Source: Camelus dromedarius
Lineage: Eukaryota
DNA: 64,000 nt
Assembly (NCBI RefSeq): GCF_036321535.1
Contig: NC_087437.1
Coordinates: 23,314,001 to 23,378,000, forward strand
Direction of reading: 5' to 3'
The position numbers were made by a program, and so were the translations under genes. Numbering within the stretch: position 1 is the first letter of the stretch; each line of letters starts with the position of its first letter. Below the pieces are notes generated by a model. It worked only from the letters and a program-made list of their open reading frames with translations, was not told the DNA's origin and ran no database searches. Of the stretch, positions 51,184-64,000 are shown piece after piece.

Positions 51184-53550
51184 CTTATCTCAAACATAAT
51201 AAAAGTGACATATGACAAACCTACAGCCAGCATAGCACTCAACGGTGAAAATCTGAAAAGCTTCCCACTAAAATCTAGGACAAGATAAGGCTGCCCACTA
51301 TCACCACGCCTATTCAACATAGTCTTGGAAGTCCTAGCCACAGCAGTCAGGCAAGAGAGAGAAATCAAAGGAATCCAAATTGCAAAAGAAGAGGTAAAAG
51401 TGTCACTATATGCCAATGACATGATACTATATATAGAAAACCCTAAAAGGTCCACACAAAAACTACTAAAACTAATCGAAAAATTCAGCAAGGTAGCAGG
51501 TTACAAGATTAACGTTTAAAAATCAGTTGCATTTCTTTACACTAATGATGAATCAATAGAAAAAGAAAGTAAAGAAACAATCCCCTTTAAAATAGCACCC
51601 AAAGTAATAAAATACCTAGGAATAAATTTAACCAAGGAGGTGAAAGACTTATACACAGAAAACTATAAACCACTGATGAAGGAAATTAAAGAAGACTTAA
51701 AAAATGGAAAGATATCCCATGCTCCTGGACTGGAAGAATCAAAATTGTTGAAATTGTCACACTGCCCAAGGCAATCTACAGATTTAATGCAATCCCTATC
51801 AAATTACCCAGGACATATTTCACTATAACAAATCATAATAAAATTTATATGGAACCATCAAAGACCTAGAATTGCCAAAGCATTATTGAAGATAAAGAAA
51901 GAGGCTGGAAGAATAACTCTCCTAGACTTCAGACAATACTATACAGCTACAGAAATGAAGATAGCATGGTATTGGTACAAAAACAGACATATAGACCAAT
52001 GAAACAGAATAGAGAGCCCAGAAACGAACCCACAAACTTTTGGTCAAATAATCTTTGACATAGGAGGCAAGAACATACAATGAAATAAAGACAGTATCAG
52101 AAAAAAAAAAAAAAAGAACCTAGATGTAGCATCACATCATATGCCTAAATAAATAACTGCTTCTTTAGCAAGAAAAAAAAAAAAGAAATAAAAGACAGTA
52201 TCTTCAGCAAATGGTGTTGGGAAAACAGGACAGCAGCATGTGAATCAATGAAGCTACTAGAACACTCCCTTACACGATACACAAAAATAAACTCAAAATG
52301 GATCAAAGACTTAAACATAAGACAAGATACAATAAACGTCCTAGAAGAAAATATAGGCAAAACATTATCTCACATACATCTCAGCAATGTTCTCCTAGGG
52401 CAGTCTACCCAAGCAATAGATACAAAAGCAAGAATAAACAAATGGGACCTAATGAAACTTACAAGCTTCTGCACAGCAAAGGAAACCATAAGTAAAACAA
52501 AAAGACAACCTACGGAATGGGAGAAAATTTTTGCAAATGATGAAACCGACAAAAGCTTGATCTCTAGAATATATAAGCAGCTCATACGACTTAATAAGAA
52601 AAAAACAAACAACCCAAACCAAAAATGGGCAAAAGACCTAAACAAGCAATTCTCCAAGGAAGAAATACAAATGATCAATAGGCACATGAAAAAATGCTCA
52701 ATATCACTATATATCAGGAAATGCAAATCAAAACTATGATGAAGTATCACCTCACACCGGTCAGAATGGCCATCATTCAAAAGTCCACAAATGACAAATG
52801 CTGGAGAGGCTGTGGACAAAAGGGAACCCTCCTACAATGCTGGTGGGAATGCAGTTTGGTGCAGCCACTGTGGAAAACAGTATGGAGATTTCTCAAAGGA
52901 CTAGGAATAGACTTACCATATGACCCAGGAATCCCGCTCCTGGGCATATATCCAGAAGGAACCCTACTTCAAAATGACACCTGCACCCCAATGTTCATAG
53001 CAGCACTATTTACAATAGCCAAGATATGGAAACAGCCTAAATGTCCATCACCAGATGACTGGATAAAGCAGAAGTGGTATATTTATACAATGGAATACTA
53101 TTCAGATATAAAAACCGATAATATAACGCAATTTGCAGCAACATGGATGTTAAAGTGAAGTAAGCCAGAAAGAGAAAGAAAAATACCATGAGATAGCTCA
53201 TATGTGGAATCTAAAAAAAAAAAAAAAAAAAAAAAAAAGAACATTAAATACAAAACAGAAACAGACTCATAGACATAGAATACAAACTTGTGGTTGCCCA
53301 AGGGGGCTGGGGGTTGGAAGGGACAGACAGGGATTTCAAAATTTGTAGATACTGACAGGCATATGTAGAATAGATAAACAAGATTATACTGTATAGCACA
53401 GGGAAATCTATACAGGATCTTGCGGTAGCTCACAGCGAAAAAAATGTGACAATGATTATATGTATGTTCATGTATAACTGAAAAATTGTGCTCTAGACTG
53501 GAATTTGACACAACATTGTAAAATGACTATAACTCAATAAAAAAAGTTAA
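51184..53550 (+). mobile_element. Young 5'-truncated LINE-1, ~2.4 kb (part of RT through the ORF2 C-terminus and 3' UTR), inactivated
   Basis: ORFs with [14 protein letters not shown] (RT YADD-equivalent region), [29 protein letters not shown] (CCHC His replaced by Gln); stops and frameshifts; 17-bp TSD aaaaattctttcctact (51167-51183) / aaaaattcttccctact (53551-53567) at a tt|aaaa endonuclease site. Confidence 0.97.
52099..52184 (+). other. TSD-flanked non-L1 retro-insertion inside L1 ORF2
   Basis: A15, ~55 nt non-L1 sequence with AATAAA at 52148-52153, then an A tail; flanked by gaaataaagacagtatc (52082-52098) and gaaataaaagacagtatc (52185-52202). Confidence 0.8.
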
Positions 53551-56500
53551 AAAAATTCTTCCCTACTTTGACATAAAAACTATTTTACATTTTCTTCTAA
53601 AACTTAACTGACAGGACAATTCTTATATTTTCACCTCTGCAAATTATTTTAACTGCTCTAGGCCTTTTTGTCTTCTGTATGAATTATAAAATTAGCTTGA
53701 CAGTCTCCATTAATGAACTATTCAAAATTTTGATGAAATGTCTTTAATTTATGAAGTAATTTGAAACAAAATTACCTTTAAATAAAACTAAGTTTTCCAG
53801 TTCATGAATGTGATACATCTCTTTATTTATTTATATCTCATTTTTGTCCTTCAGAGATGTTAAATTTTTTAAATTCCATTAATATTATTGCTCTATTTTG
53901 TTTCTCTAAATTTAATAACAATTTCTCTTTAATTATTATGCATATACAGAATTATATCAAGTTTTAGATGTTCATCTTCTAATGAAGATTTTGCTTAAAT
54001 CTCTATTGGCCCTATATATTTATATAATCTTTCAGACTTTCTTTGGAGACATATAATTTGCCAACAAAGATAATTTATCACTTTTCTTCCATTTCTTTTA
54101 AGTTTTATTTATTTTGGTTGTCATACTGCCTTGGCTGTGATAATCTGTATGAAGTTGGTAAACATGGAGATGGGAGAATCATTACCTGGTCACTATTTTT
54201 GAAAGGCATATGTCTAAAGTTTCCCCATTAAAGTGATATTGCAACTGGTTATCAGGTTATAAGAAATCTTGTTTAGTGCTGATTATTTTGTAATAAGTTA
54301 TTTTTTCTTAAATATTATCCTGAACCCATTGTGATGATCATATAGTTTCACCTTTAATCTGTCACTGTGGTATATTATTTTAATAAAAATTTCTAATGTT
54401 GGAATGCCTTTGGTTTGCTTTCAAGAGCCCTACTTAGCCATGGTGCACTTTCCTTTTACACACTGCTGCAGCTGGTGAGCTAGTTTCGTTTTATTTTTAA
54501 AAAAACGTAGTATATTTGTATATATCATTTGGTTTTTGAGATTAAATTATTAATAGTATGAGTTATTCATAAATTCATTATGAAATGAATTAAATCACTT
54601 ACTTCATCTACTCTTCTATTCACTGGAATAATTTATAAAGAATATAAACATCCATTCCTTTTAGTTTGATAAAACCATGTAAAAACTTGCCTAGAACTGA
54701 TGATCCTCCTCTCTCTCTCCCCCTCTCTTGTTTTTCCAGCTTCTTTTGATCTATTTTCAGTCCTTCTTGTATTTAAAAATTTCTCTCAAGGGTACAAATT
54801 TGCTTCCACATATTATTCTAACTACATTCTGTAAGTTTTGATATGTGATTTTTTCTTTCTTATTATGTAAATTCTCTAGTGTTTTCCTCTTTAATGCATA
54901 AAGTATTTACAACTGCATGTTTAAATTTCTAAACATATAGTTTTTACAGCGTATTTGTAAATGTACTATGAGTTTTAGCTATAATTTCATTGTTGATACC
55001 TTATTGAATTTTATTTTGGTTCAAGTTTTTTTATTAGTAGGATAGCAATTCTTTGTTGAAGAGATTTGGAATCTCTGTACATGCTCTTTTCCTTTTTTGG
55101 TAAATGTAACATATGTACTTGAAAAATATATTCTTTCTATGATTGGTGCAGTGTGTGTGTATGTGTGTAACACATTCGTATATTTATTTAAAGTTTTCTT
55201 ATACTTATTAAATTTTTTAGCCTACTTAATTTATCTTCATGTGATAGAAGCATGCATATTAAGATCAAGTTCAGGATGTGCTAATTTCTTTGGGTAATCT
55301 TCTTTTGTCATTTGTGCTATTATTTTAGCTCTTTACAAGTTTATTATTGTTATATATTATATGTCATTGTTATGTTTTCTTGGTGAATTATTAATACATT
55401 ATTTTTCATTATTTTAATTATTTTACTAGATTTCCTATTACATGTATAAATTATAGACACTTTTATGCTATATTATATAATAAATACTTATTTGTATCAT
55501 TATTGTTATATTACATATTATATTATGTAATGTCCTGCTTTACCTTTACTGCTTTCTTCCCTTAATTATATTTTGGTTGATTAATTATCATGTCTTTGTG
55601 TCATATCTGTTTGTACCACTTATATTTAATGTAAACACATGGTTTTGTTTTAGGTGTGTCTTTTTAAAGCAGCATATAGCTTGATTAAAAAAAATACCAT
55701 CTAAATGCCAGTATCATCTGTTAAGGATGTTCACCTATATTGCTGAACTCTCTGGATTTTTATTTAAGTTATATTTCTTGATGTTTTCTGACTACCATTA
55801 TTTTTCTTTTCTCCTTTAGCATCCCTTTATAACTTCTATGAGATAAAGATTTCTGTTACTTCTTTCATTTTTCCGTGTTGTCTTTCTTTTCTTTTTTTTT
55901 TTTCCCTCTTCCCATTGGTTTCCAAATGTAGAGGCTGCAAACTGTGTGTATATTACCTTGTAATTCTTTATATGTTACCCCATATAAGTAATGCTAATTT
56001 TCCATTAAATCTAAATTTATTCTGCATGACTCTCTCATCCTCAGCCCGACTAAACTCTTACTGTATCCTGACCATCCACTGCATATCCTATAGTATGTCC
56101 TAGCATCTGGCCAGTATTGTTTTGAATTTAGTGTGAGTTTTTTAAACATAAAAATAGTTGTTTTGTAGTCAATAGTTAAATATTTTTATCAACATATTTT
56201 ATTAATTTCTGTTCTCTTTTGTCCTATACATTCTTTCTGGTTTCTCATTTCGTCTGGAAGAAATATGTCCATTAGGAATTTTTCTCATGAGAATTCTTAT
56301 GTGAAAACATCACTATCTCTTGAGACGTTAGAAAATATATTTATTTCATCTTCATACTTGATGGTAGTTTGACAGGTTATAATATTTTGGGTTGACAGTT
56401 ACTTTTCCTAATCAATGGGAAAATATTACTTTATTATTTTTTAGCATCATTTAGCACTTTTGCTGATGAAATTATGCTCTCTTCATAATTATATTTGGAA

Positions 56501-57704
56501 ACTATTTTTTATTTTTGTTGATTTTTGAAAATCATTTTCTCTTCATTTTTGACATTGTACAGTTCACAATGTTGTGTCTAGACGTGAGCTAACCTTTATC
56601 CTGCTTTGTGCTAGGAATATTCTTTCAAACCAAAACTCAGCCATTGCTGAACTGACTTCTGCAAAACCTGTCTGAAGATATATGATGAAGGCTCTTAAAT
56701 TACCACTGTATGGTGAATTATCAGTATCTTCCAGTTCACCAGTTTTCCAAGAGACTGTGGTTATCCTAGTTACATTTTATTAAAAAGGTACATTCTTCAT
56801 TTTCAAGATATCTAAGTATTTTTTATGTCACCTGTTCTTGTTTCATTTCTGCTAATTTTGTTACACAATTTCATGCTTTAGGTTTTCACTGTTCATTCAT
56901 TTTACAAGTATTTTTGTAAGATACTCTGTCATCTATTCCATAAAATTAACTGCATCTGTTATATGTTACATACAGGTTGATTATCTTTATTCCCTGTGCT
57001 TTATAACTTGTGTTGACTAGCTTATTGAAATTGGTTTTTTAATTGATTCATTGATTTTTCTCTTTGACTGATTACTCTGCTTACCCATCTCTTTGAGTTG
57101 CCTCCATCCCTCTGTACTCAGGACCTTTGTCTAGAATCAGATATTATAATGACCTTAGGATCCATTGTCTCCAAAAAGTCATAGCCTTGATCACTGCTCA
57201 GCATTTCTATTCCAATTCTGGAGTAACAGAGGTTTTTGTTTTATTTTTATGCATGGCAATTTTTGTTTTGCTTCTCTATTTTTCAATTTTATTTCTCAAT
57301 GTGTATTTAATTCATCTCAAAGCATGGGCTCATTTTGCCATTTTAACTGAAAGTCTGTGACTATTTAAATGGACTTTTGGATCACCAAAGGACTTCCTTG
57401 TCTCTTTTACTTTCTAATGGGATAGATCTTTGTCCAAATGCTCATTATTATTCAGCATCACCTGGGGAAACTTTGGCTGCTGTAATGCGTTATAAGTTAC
57501 AAGTTTTCAATGCAGAAAATTAATTTCTTGTAGATTTGGAATTATAGTTCCTCAAATTCTTTATTTTGTATGTAGAGAGTAAAGTGAAGACAGTTGACCT
57601 AAGATATGACTTAAGGTACCACTGAAAGTACTAATAATGGAAGTATTATATGCAAATTTGATACAAGGAAATGTAGGTACTTTATACAGGGCAGGGAATC
57701 ATGG

Positions 57705-57900
57705 GGTGACATGGAATATGGAGGAGAACACTAGGCTCTGGGTTAGGAGATGGGAATCTGCTTTGGGCTTTGCTGGAGGTTAAAAGGATTGAAACCTCCT
57801 CTGAAGTTTCTTTAAAACCTTTGTTCCCTCATTTGTAAAATTAAAGAGTTGGATTATAGAACTTCTAAGATTTTTTGCAGCTTTAATATATATGATTCTG
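57705..57900 (+). mobile_element. MIR3-like SINE
   Basis: ccctcatttgtaaaattaaagagttggattatagaacttctaag…gcagctttaatatatatgattct. Confidence 0.7.
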
Positions 57901-58831
57901 ACAGTCTAATTGATGTTATGTTTCTGAAATGATGTCCAACACTTGCAAATTGCTTTAATCAGAGTAGAAGCAATTTTTATAGAGGCTATAAAGGGAGTAG
58001 ATTCCAAATGAGGCATTTGGCTTTACCGAGAAAAATAACTGGCAACCATGCACAGGTAGAAAAATAAATCATGACAGAAAAGAAAATAGCCATCGTCACA
58101 CGAGAGTTCAATTTCTGAAGAGTTCACTTTTTTATCCTTTTTTGGGAAAGAATATTTCATCTGGGCAACTTCAAAGTACAAAATTGTGTTTTCAGTTTTC
58201 AAGTTTGAAAATTACTCTAATCAAGTGGTTAGCTTTTATTTTTGCTTTGAACATAAAAAGAGTGCATAGAATTCAGATAAGCAAAGTGATAATACTGGCA
58301 TATTTCATAGGATCTTCCATTCATTGCCTTGCTTTTATGGGTATAGAGGGAAGTTGACAAATGAGCACTCACTTTCAGAAAAGGCAAGGGAAAACCATTC
58401 CAAGAATTTGGTTTTCTTCTTACTACAGTGAAATGTAAACATTTTAGAAATTTAGGGAATTATACAATGATTATCATTTTTTTGATAATTTACTTAGTGG
58501 CAAATACAGACGAAATACTTTATTTTGTTTTATAACTGAAGCCTTGAACTAGACTCTCCTAATTACAGATTTTATGCTTTCAAAGGATCAAAAAGACTCA
58601 GAAACATAAGCATGAGTACAACTGAAGGCAGGGATCAAATGCAAATCATGTTTGTATCTTCTGTATCCGTCACAGTATTTAGCTCATGTTAGGTACGTGC
58701 TGTTTGCTGAATTTATTTTAAAGAAAAGATTTAAACTCTGAAATTGCAAAGTGGTAGAGCTTTTAAATGTTCATCCATCTAACAAAAATACATATATCAG
58801 AGTTTTGCTAGAATTCTTAAAAATCTTCATT

Positions 58832-59130
58832 CAGGGTCTAGAATCCCTTATGTAAAGTTCCTGGGTTTGATAATTCAACGTTTTTTATATTTTAGAAAGG
58901 TGATTTTTGCATTTACTGTATATTAAGGATCATCTGCAGAGGTACCTCAAGTAGAACCCTATGATCAAATTAATAATTTCTGTAGCAAAAAAAAAAGTTC
59001 ATATTAGGTAGAATAAATTGCTTCACAGCTTAGGTTTTGCTGCCAATTGAGTTTGAGACATAGTTAACAAAAACAAAATTTTTTTCAGAGCTTTTGGTTT
59101 TGGAATTGCAGATAAAGGATGGTGTACCTA
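58832..59130 (-). mobile_element. TcMar-Tigger MITE, MER46C-like
   Basis: Degenerate TIRs cagggtctagaatcccttat / ataaaggatggtgtaccta; internal aggttttgctgccaattgagtt and ttttcagagcttttggttttggaattgcagataa. Confidence 0.8.
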
Positions 59131-60469
59131 CATTATATTAAAAGTGCAGAGAACTGGAGAGAGGAGAGCAGAATACAAAAGTATGTTTGAAGAGATCTAT
59201 TTGTATTTCACAAAAATATACTGCCATTCCCTCTTGAGGCACTGCAAAATTGTAAAGATGACTGGTTGGGTGGACTTAATGGGGCAATGTGTGTCAGGAA
59301 ATGGATTTTTTTTTTTTTTAATAAGAAGTTGACAACCTAGAAGGTAACAGACCTAGGGCCTTGACTTCTTCAGAGACAGGCACTTAGCAACAGAATCAAC
59401 AGAAATAAGAAAAGTGGATAGATAATTTACAAAAGCAGTTTAGAAACTGATGAGCCACCTTTAAAATGCTAGAGCCACTCTTGGTGGTTTGAGCTATCAT
59501 TTTGCCCATGTGTGAAGTCACGTGGGAGCAAGTTCAAATACAAAGAGGAAGATTCCTTCAAGAGGAAGAGAAGAAACATTTCTAAGTAAACAGACAAATG
59601 AACAAGCTTTAAAAAACTGAGTAAATGTGGTTGACACATAAACCTGTTTAACAACAGAGAGAACTTTGTTAAACACATACACATAGTCAACATTTTTGAC
59701 ATACATCCATTTAGTGTTTTTCTGCATATAATTTTAAATTTTGCATCATGCTGTGGGTGTTGATATAAGTAGATTCTCCATATTTCAAATTCAGTGGCAA
59801 CAATGGAAGAAGAATAATTGTGTTTAATATGGAAGGGATGCTAGCTGAAGTAGAATATTCATTTATGCATAGAAAGACACAACACAATAAGTAGAAGACA
59901 TTCTGAAAACAGTAATGGTTCCTTGAAGATTTGATCTCTTTCCAGTTAAACAGTGTTATACTTGTTTAGCAAAAATAGGTAATATGCATGGAAATTATTT
60001 TTGGGTGCTACAAGTTTTATGATTCGATCATACAGTGTAGTGTTCTTCACCTTAACCATTATTAAAGGAACTAGCTGTGAGTAGTGTTCTAGGTGCTTGA
60101 GATACTAAATTGGGTGACATCTTAGGCTGAGCATTTTTGCTAGTCATGACAATGAACGAGCACTATGGCCTGCAATAGGGAGTGACATGTATCTGAGCAG
60201 TGAAGCTCTGTGAAGAAGCCCTGGTTCATAGTCAAAGGGCAGTACTTGCCGGTTAGACAACCCTTGACAAGTCACTGAGTCTTCTGAATCTTACTGCTCT
60301 TTTTTGCTAATGGCTAACTCATAGACTTGGGCGCGAGAGCATTTTATAAACTGAGAAGAGCAGTGATGATAACAGAAGGCAGTGTTGGTCTTAAGTTGCT
60401 CTAATAGAATAGAATGCTGGTTTAGCCTCTCTCAGGCTTGCTCAGGTTTTGGTTTTTCATGCAACCAGC

Positions 60470-60640
60470 TTCTGATCTTAGGCAACTTACTTAACAACCA
60501 TTGATAGCTTCTGCTTCTGAAGCTATAAAATAGAAAGAATACCAGTAATAGTGAGTATCTGCCTTTCATTAACAATGAAGCAATGCACACAAAATGCTCA
60601 ACCCTGTGGCAGGCACAGACTGAGCTCTCACTGATATATG
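60470..60640 (+). mobile_element. MIR SINE fragment
   Basis: tgatcttaggcaacttacttaac…ctataaaatagaaagaatacc…tggcaggcacagactgagctctca. Confidence 0.6.
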
Positions 60641-62945
60641 ACTTTTGAACATGATGGTGAGAAGGTGAGGACTACAGTGGTGAAACCAGGTACCCTCTGC
60701 ATCCTCAGAGCAATTCAGGCTGATCCTCAGGAGGAGAACTCTTTAGCAAGTAAATTAGGCTATGCAGGGAGAGAATCTCCTTGTTTAAAATCATTTATTC
60801 AATATTGTTTACTTTTCCTGAACTAGTTTTAAAATTCTCCATCTTTTCCCACTTTAACTAGTTTTCGTGCTTTGATTCATCATTTTATTACAAATAGCTA
60901 TGTTGTATATGCTGTGAAGCTGATATATATGTTTAAAAAATACCAAAATCTGTTTCATATCTAAAATTATTCAGTAATGAGTAAAAACCGATCTTTAAGG
61001 CTTAAACACTATTTGCAAGACTCAGCCAGTTCTTAAGAGAGAATATAAAACAGTGATCATAACAACGTATTTTAGTGATAATCTTGAAGATTTTCAAGAA
61101 GACATAAAAAAGAGGCTTATACATGCTACCATTTTTCCAATAAGAGTAAAAAATTTGGTATAATTTGAGTAGATTCAGTAAGTTGCCTAAGTCTTTTACG
61201 TTGCACATATGTTTTTAAGCTTTTCAAGATAGTTTTTGCCTATGCTCTGAAGCACTTTGATATGCCTCTCATTCACTAAATTAAAGCAACTTTTCAGACA
61301 GATATTCCTGATTTTGCCACCTTGCTCGTAAAGGGGAAATTTTCAAAGCCATAAGTTACCCTTTTTCTTTGATTATAAAACAATATTTTATAGAGTAGAA
61401 TGGTTTCACTATTCTAGTCATCTTCTGATTTATTTATAATCTGGTTGTTTATGACATCTTTTCATAAGTTACCAGTTTTTATGTATTTTTCTCCTTCTCC
61501 ATAAATGAACACATTGCTCCCAAATTAATGTAAAGTAGATAAGTGGCCTCTCATAAATCAGAGGTTTCACATAAAGAATATTTTATGAAAAGTCACAACT
61601 CCATTTAGCCTTATTTCAGAACAGCTGTCCAAGCCATAAGGTAGAAGAATCATAAATACAAAGTGGAAAAACGTTATTATAATCTTGATTAATAATGAAT
61701 AAACTGACCATGCACCTAGGCTTAAAAATCTTGAACAAACTCAGTCTTCTTGTTATAAATTAAACCTACATCTGAAATCATTCAGTCTCTTTTTCCATTT
61801 GAAGCTAATGGTAAATTGTGATCTCATTTTTGCAAGTGAACTTGATTAGGTTTTTAATATTACAAAAGAGCTATAAATTTATTTTACTGTAAAATAAGTT
61901 ATTCTTTTTATTTAAATTTCTTATGCTAGAGTGACACTGTGTAGAAAATTACATTCAAAGATCTTAATAAGAGTCCTTTACTGTTCTTAATGCTATGAAA
62001 CCATTTAAATATCTAAAAATTAATGTTTTGTAAAAAATATTATGTTCAGCAACAATCTAGTGTTTGTAAGTAAAATTTTTAGAGATATGTTTAATGGAAA
62101 ACATATATGGAAAATTTATATATATAAATTTATATATGGTTGGATTGTTTAAGATATACTGCAGTATTATTATATTCTTTAACTTTCTTTTGAGAAAAAC
62201 TGTAGTGTGGGTAAGGATTTGGGGACATATTTCCCTTCTTTCTGATCAGAGTAAAAAAATATAGCCCTTCATTTGGGGAAAAGCATCAAAGGGATGAAAT
62301 GTTTAACAGACTGACCAGGTGGATATTCAATACCAGGTAGCTGCATTTCTGGAAAAAAGAGATACCTTTTTCACATAGGTTTGAGATGAAAAAGTTAAGT
62401 ACTGCTAACAAAATTTCTGAGTACAGCTAATGAGGACAACCTCACACCCAAAGGAATCATAGCCAGTTTGGGGATTCCCAATCTGCTGTTGGTAGACCAA
62501 AGCTCCTACTGACTTTAAAGGAAAGAATACCTATGAGAATTACTACAGAAATGGGTAATACAGAAATTTCAGGACAGATTCCTTTACCTGAGTAAATAGA
62601 ATTGGCAGCATTGATAAATGTAACGGATTTGATGACTAGCAGATTTGAAGCCCCAGATTTACAGTTCACCCTAAAAGGAGGTCCATTTATAAGGAATATT
62701 CTAAATGAAACTAGAAGATGGACCAAGGTCAATTTATAATGTCTGAATTCATAATTAGCTGAATGATTGGCTGAATTATCACAATTTAAGATCAGTGAGA
62801 AAGGCATTGGATTTTACAGAAGTGCATTCCTACTTGACATTATAACTGACTTTACTCATTAATCATTGCCATTTAAAGTTATCTTAATGGAAATACTTTT
62901 CTCATGTCAGTAATTTTCACTGGTAATTTTGAGTGTAGCTTACAA

Positions 62946-63129
62946 CAGTATTTCTCAGATTGTTATACATGTTGTATCTGTTTTAAAAATACAAGGGTGA
63001 TTGTCAAAATACATATTGCTGAGTTCCAGCCCAGACATATTAAATAAAATCACAGAGTTGGTGCCCCCAAATCTGAACTTTTTAGAGCTTTGTAAATTAT
63101 TATTAAGTACTAATATTTAAGAACCACTG
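62946..63129. mobile_element. hAT-Charlie MITE, MER5-like
   Basis: TIR-like ends cagtatttctca / taagaaccactg; internal aaaatacatattgctgagttccagcccagac. Confidence 0.7.
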
Positions 63130-64000
63130 GCTTCAATTATATATATATATATATAATATGGCCACATAATTGAGAAAACCAGAATTAGTTTAACCAAATA
63201 ACAGCTTCAAATACCTTGACTAGGGGGATAATCCTCTTGTAAATTCAATATATAAATTGAAACCTGTGACCATGGGAACCACCATATTATGATTATCATA
63301 AACTAGGGTCTACATTAATATTTGTATTTGTGTATTTCATAAGAAATTTAGAAGGCTATGACAAATTTTAAGGAACTGGTACACAACCAGACAGTCTCAA
63401 AGTACACAATAAATTTCTTCTGTGATTTAGCTCATTGTGTCAAAACAGAATGCTAACTAGTAAAAATTTCAAACAGGCATAATGTATAGTGCACCCCAAT
63501 GAAATGTGAAGAATCTGGAGAAACATAGCTCCCAGACAAAAGAAAAAAAAAGGCTAATTCTCCATCAAAATGTAAAGTATAATTATAAATGAATTGGTAA
63601 TACTGAATGTTTTTCAATTATTTTCACTGATTTTTATTTTAAAACCCATTTTGACAGGGAATTGCAGTAAGTCCTCTCTACATTTTTATTGTAGTCACAA
63701 GGAAAATTCCAGTGCAGAGAACATTTTCATTAAGAGTGAAATACTTCTTGAGTGAAATGGAAATGCCTCTGTGGTGTCAGCAAAGTGTAGGAGCCTTATT
63801 TTAAATATAACTAAAACTAAGGGGAAAGGAGGTTAAATGCCTTTTCCCAGGGTCATCTATGAAGTCAAAAGCAGACAGAATGAAAATAAAGAGCAAATGA
63901 TAGATTATACTTATTAAATTCAGGAAATGGATCCAAACACATTGTGTTAACTAGTAGAATATCTGAATTATTGTCATCAGTTTGTGCAACTAAATATGTG

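Larger units (their letters stand above)
49810..56900 (-). mobile_element. Long, highly decayed ancient L1M element(s) hosting younger L1 insertions
   Basis: T-rich strand with L1 antisense motifs (ttactattacaaa…; ccaaattgttctccaaaag-like; ttcatgaatgtgatacatctctttatttattta; ttggtaaatgt…tgtacttgaaaaa); distal boundary uncertain. Confidence 0.6.

Noticed and set aside
52370..53511. Minus-strand ORFs of 149 aa and 137 aa
   Set aside because: Antisense shadows of L1 ORF2 and 3' UTR
58028..58113. Minus-strand ELSCDDGYFL, sushi-like
   Set aside because: Weak acceptor and the rest of the domain pattern is missing; likely chance
62112..62137. Perfect 20-bp AT palindrome
   Set aside because: Expected from TA low-complexity sequence
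62379..62807. Coding-looking stretch and 116-aa minus ORF
   Set aside because: Plus frames are interrupted by stops and no translation resembles a family I recognise; a TBLASTX would settle it
1..64000. CRISPR arrays, operons, defence systems, tRNA/rRNA genes
   Set aside because: The sequence is mammalian; no regularly spaced repeats, gene-dense ORFs or RNA gene signatures were seen

Overview
This is AT-rich eutherian nuclear DNA, intronic or intergenic, and not microbial. I found no recognisable host protein-coding gene, RNA gene or CpG island. The only ORFs I recognise are LINE-1 ORF2 remnants. A large part of the window is transposable-element debris in layers: ancient L2, MIR, L1M, hAT/Tigger MITEs and MaLR/ERVL LTRs, overlaid by younger 5'-truncated L1 copies with cetartiodactyl-type 3' UTRs. 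I saw no ruminant, pig, primate, rodent or carnivore SINEs, which together with the L1 3' UTRs suggests a camelid (inference). The most interesting structures are L1 retrotransposition signatures: a TSD-flanked ~86-bp poly(A)-unique-AATAAA-poly(A) cassette inside an L1 (candidate orphan 3' transduction or micro-retrocopy), a target site apparently hit twice, a twin-primed 5' inversion, and short non-A tags in several L1 tails. A few repeat-free, motif-dense blocks are candidate enhancers or a CTCF site. Repeat family names come from my recollection of consensus sequences and need RepeatMasker/Dfam confirmation. Boundaries of old repeats are approximate. I found no convincing novel multi-gene system.
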